From Chitinivibrionales bacterium (GTDB lineage: Bacteria; Fibrobacterota; Chitinivibrionia; Chitinivibrionales; JANQEN01), in the NCBI GenBank assembly GCA_028278335.1, contig JANQEN010000126.1, forward strand, positions 1-52,582: 52,582 nucleotides of DNA, read 5' to 3'. Under the pieces are notes generated by a model, which saw only the letters and a list, made by a program, of their open reading frames with translations, was not told the DNA's origin and did not search any database. Position numbers and translations under genes: made by a program. Below are positions 50,903 to 52,582 of the stretch, piece after piece. Positions within the stretch are counted from its first letter, which is position 1, and each line of letters begins with the position of its first letter.

Positions 50903-51835
50903 ATGAGCGGCGGATTATTTATACTCATTACCCTTAGTACCTTTCTGCTTGGCGTTGCTATTGTTTTTGGCTTTTACTATTTCCGGTCTCAGCAAATTAT
51001 TAAGCTCAACAAAAAGGGACTTCAATTTAAAGATTGGGAGATGTGGGATGATGCTATTCGCTGTTTTCAACGGGCTATTGAATTAGATAAAAATCATGCC
51101 CTATCCTATTACAATCTTGGATTTGTTCTTTACTATGGAAAAAAGCTCATCGACGCAGCAATCGAGGCTTTCGAAACTTCTCTTACTAAGAATGACGCCT
51201 TTGCTCGTACCTACTACTCTTTAGGTCATGCGCAGTTTCATGGAAAAGGTGATCTTGAAAATGCTCGCGCTAATTTAACGAATGCCATCCATATCGATCC
51301 TGATCTTGCGCAGGCGCATACGACCATGGGGCTTGTGGAAATTAAAATGGAAAATTGGAAAAAGGCAATCGAACATTTTAAGACAGCCCTTTCCATTGAT
51401 GACTCATTAGAATCAGCGTATTGTAATCTTGCTATAGCACTTGTCTACCAAGGAAGAAATACTGAAGCCCGGGAAGTTTCAAAAAAATATGTCTCTTTAA
51501 AACCTGAATCAGCGCAGGCACGAAATAATATGGGAAATATCTATGGCTCCTGTGGGATGAAAGAGGAGGCTGTTAAGGAACTCTTAGTTTCTCGATCAAT
51601 TGATTCAAATGATTGGAATGTTCATTTTTGGTTGGGCTGTTTATGGCTTCAACTTGGTAATTATACTAAAGCAACATCCTCATTCCATCATGCAATTCAG
51701 TTGCATGGAGAATTTGGGCTTGCACACTACAACTTAGCACTCTGCTATGAGGGAAACAACCAAAAGACACATGCAAAAAAGCATATTGAAAGAGCCCTGG
51801 AGTTAGATCCGACACTGGGAGAAAATCTCATTTAA
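50903..51835 (+). CDS. TPR-repeat protein with N-terminal TM anchor.
   Basis: 310 aa. At least 6 TPR-like 34-aa repeats (W-LG-Y-A-F-P pattern). Confidence 0.7.
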   Translation: MSGGLFILITLSTFLLGVAIVFGFYYFRSQQIIKLNKKGLQFKDWEMWDDAIRCFQRAIELDKNHALSYYNLGFVLYYGKKLIDAAIEAFETSLTKNDAFARTYYSLGHAQFHGKGDLENARANLTNAIHIDPDLAQAHTTMGLVEIKMENWKKAIEHFKTALSIDDSLESAYCNLAIALVYQGRNTEAREVSKKYVSLKPESAQARNNMGNIYGSCGMKEEAVKELLVSRSIDSNDWNVHFWLGCLWLQLGNYTKATSSFHHAIQLHGEFGLAHYNLALCYEGNNQKTHAKKHIERALELDPTLGENLI

Positions 51836-51849
51836 GAGAAGGAGAAGAT

Positions 51850-52320
51850 TTGGGACTCATAGAAATATTGAAAGAATCTGAACTATTTAAGGGGCTTAAA
51901 GAGGAGGAGTTAACTCAAGTTGCTCAATTGGGAACCTTAAATAAGTATAGCTCTGGTGATAGTATCTTTGCGGAAGGTTCCACAGGAAAAGAGTTTTACA
52001 TTGTTGCCAGTGGTAGCGTAGCAATTAATAAGAATATTGCTGGGGGAAGAAAGCGAAACCTTAGTAATCTTATTCAAGGTGATATTTTAGGTGAGCTTTC
52101 TCTCTTTGACTCGCAGCCCCGCAGTGCTGATGCTGAGGTTATTGAGGATGCAGAGGTTGTGGTGTTCTCCAATGATGAGTTCAGGCAATTGCTTAAGAGT
52201 AATCTTGTAATCGCCTTTATTATTCAAACAAGGCTAATCAGAACGCTCTGTAAACGGCTAAGAAACACTGACGAGCTACTTAAAGAGGGTGTGATCTGGG
52301 GATTTAAAATCGACACATAA
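51850..52320 (+). CDS. Stand-alone cyclic-nucleotide-binding (cNMP/CAP-effector) domain protein without a DNA-binding domain.
   Basis: 156 aa. Beta-roll cNMP-binding pattern (GD.LGELSLFD..PRSA). Confidence 0.65.
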   Translation: MGLIEILKESELFKGLKEEELTQVAQLGTLNKYSSGDSIFAEGSTGKEFYIVASGSVAINKNIAGGRKRNLSNLIQGDILGELSLFDSQPRSADAEVIEDAEVVVFSNDEFRQLLKSNLVIAFIIQTRLIRTLCKRLRNTDELLKEGVIWGFKIDT

Positions 52321-52474
52321 GGAAAGCAACTTAAATCTAAAAATAGCAACAGGATTGTAAATCGCTCTAATCACATGAATCGTCCACGCAAAAATTGTTT
52401 TATCCTGTTTAGATTAAACAAGATCTAAAAGAATACAATTCTCTATCCATCGGTCTAATATATTTTAATCTCCA

Positions 52475-52582
52475 TTAAACCCTGATTATGCAGTAGGAGT
52501 AGATGCAGAAGTGCAAGATTATGATTTAGTAAGACTTGAAGGTTTTGAAGGGCATATCTATAAAGTGATATGGCCAAAAAAC
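52475..52582 (+). mobile_element. Partial (window-truncated) third copy of the MITE-like element, direct orientation.
   Basis: 52475-52582 aligns with 45747-45854 with ~6 mismatches. Begins with TIR ttaaaccctgattatgcagtaggag. Confidence 0.7.

Overview
A 52.6 kb bacterial chromosomal window (mid/low GC by eye, lineage not identifiable from sequence alone). No rRNA, tRNA or CRISPR array was found.

Left third, minus strand: a csp gene, dut, and the conserved cluster rimP-nusA-infB-rbfA-(DHH phosphoesterase)-truB-ribF-rpsO-pnp. Then on the plus strand: a divergent mraY-like transferase, a small SAM methyltransferase, PBP1A, and a three-gene unit encoding a Hanks Ser/Thr kinase and two large secreted proteins.

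Middle: an ~11.7 kb segment bracketed by two inverted copies of a GC-rich structured repeat, each lying 180-270 nt upstream of, and co-oriented with, a gene. The segment holds an Ntn (choloylglycine-family) hydrolase, a degenerate tandem-repeat array, and an AT-rich 3.7 kb islet of membrane/secreted hypotheticals that includes an orphan MotA/ExbB-like channel protein. It also holds a dense GC-rich hairpin cluster, rtcB followed by hisH-hisF, and an SPFH(Band7)-SHOCT plus double zf-TFIIB zinc-ribbon pair.

Right: an M48 peptidase with two YbjQ paralogs, an aminotransferase and a transaldolase. Next is a convergent pair whose stop codons overlap: a 1262-aa multidomain protein with methyltransferase-like and calcineurin-like phosphoesterase motifs, and a PHP-domain/UvrD-family helicase fusion. 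Then a sigma-70-family factor, a BI-1/YccA-like protein, a DUF4159-like protein, a MinD/FlhG-like ATPase, a TPR protein and a cNMP-binding protein.

A ~172 bp MITE-like element with ~23 bp terminal inverted repeats occurs three times: truncated at both window edges and complete at 45747-45918.

The most interesting candidates are the paired structured repeats with the hairpin cluster next to rtcB, the orphan MotA-like islet, and the methyltransferase/phosphoesterase giant paired with the PHP-UvrD helicase.
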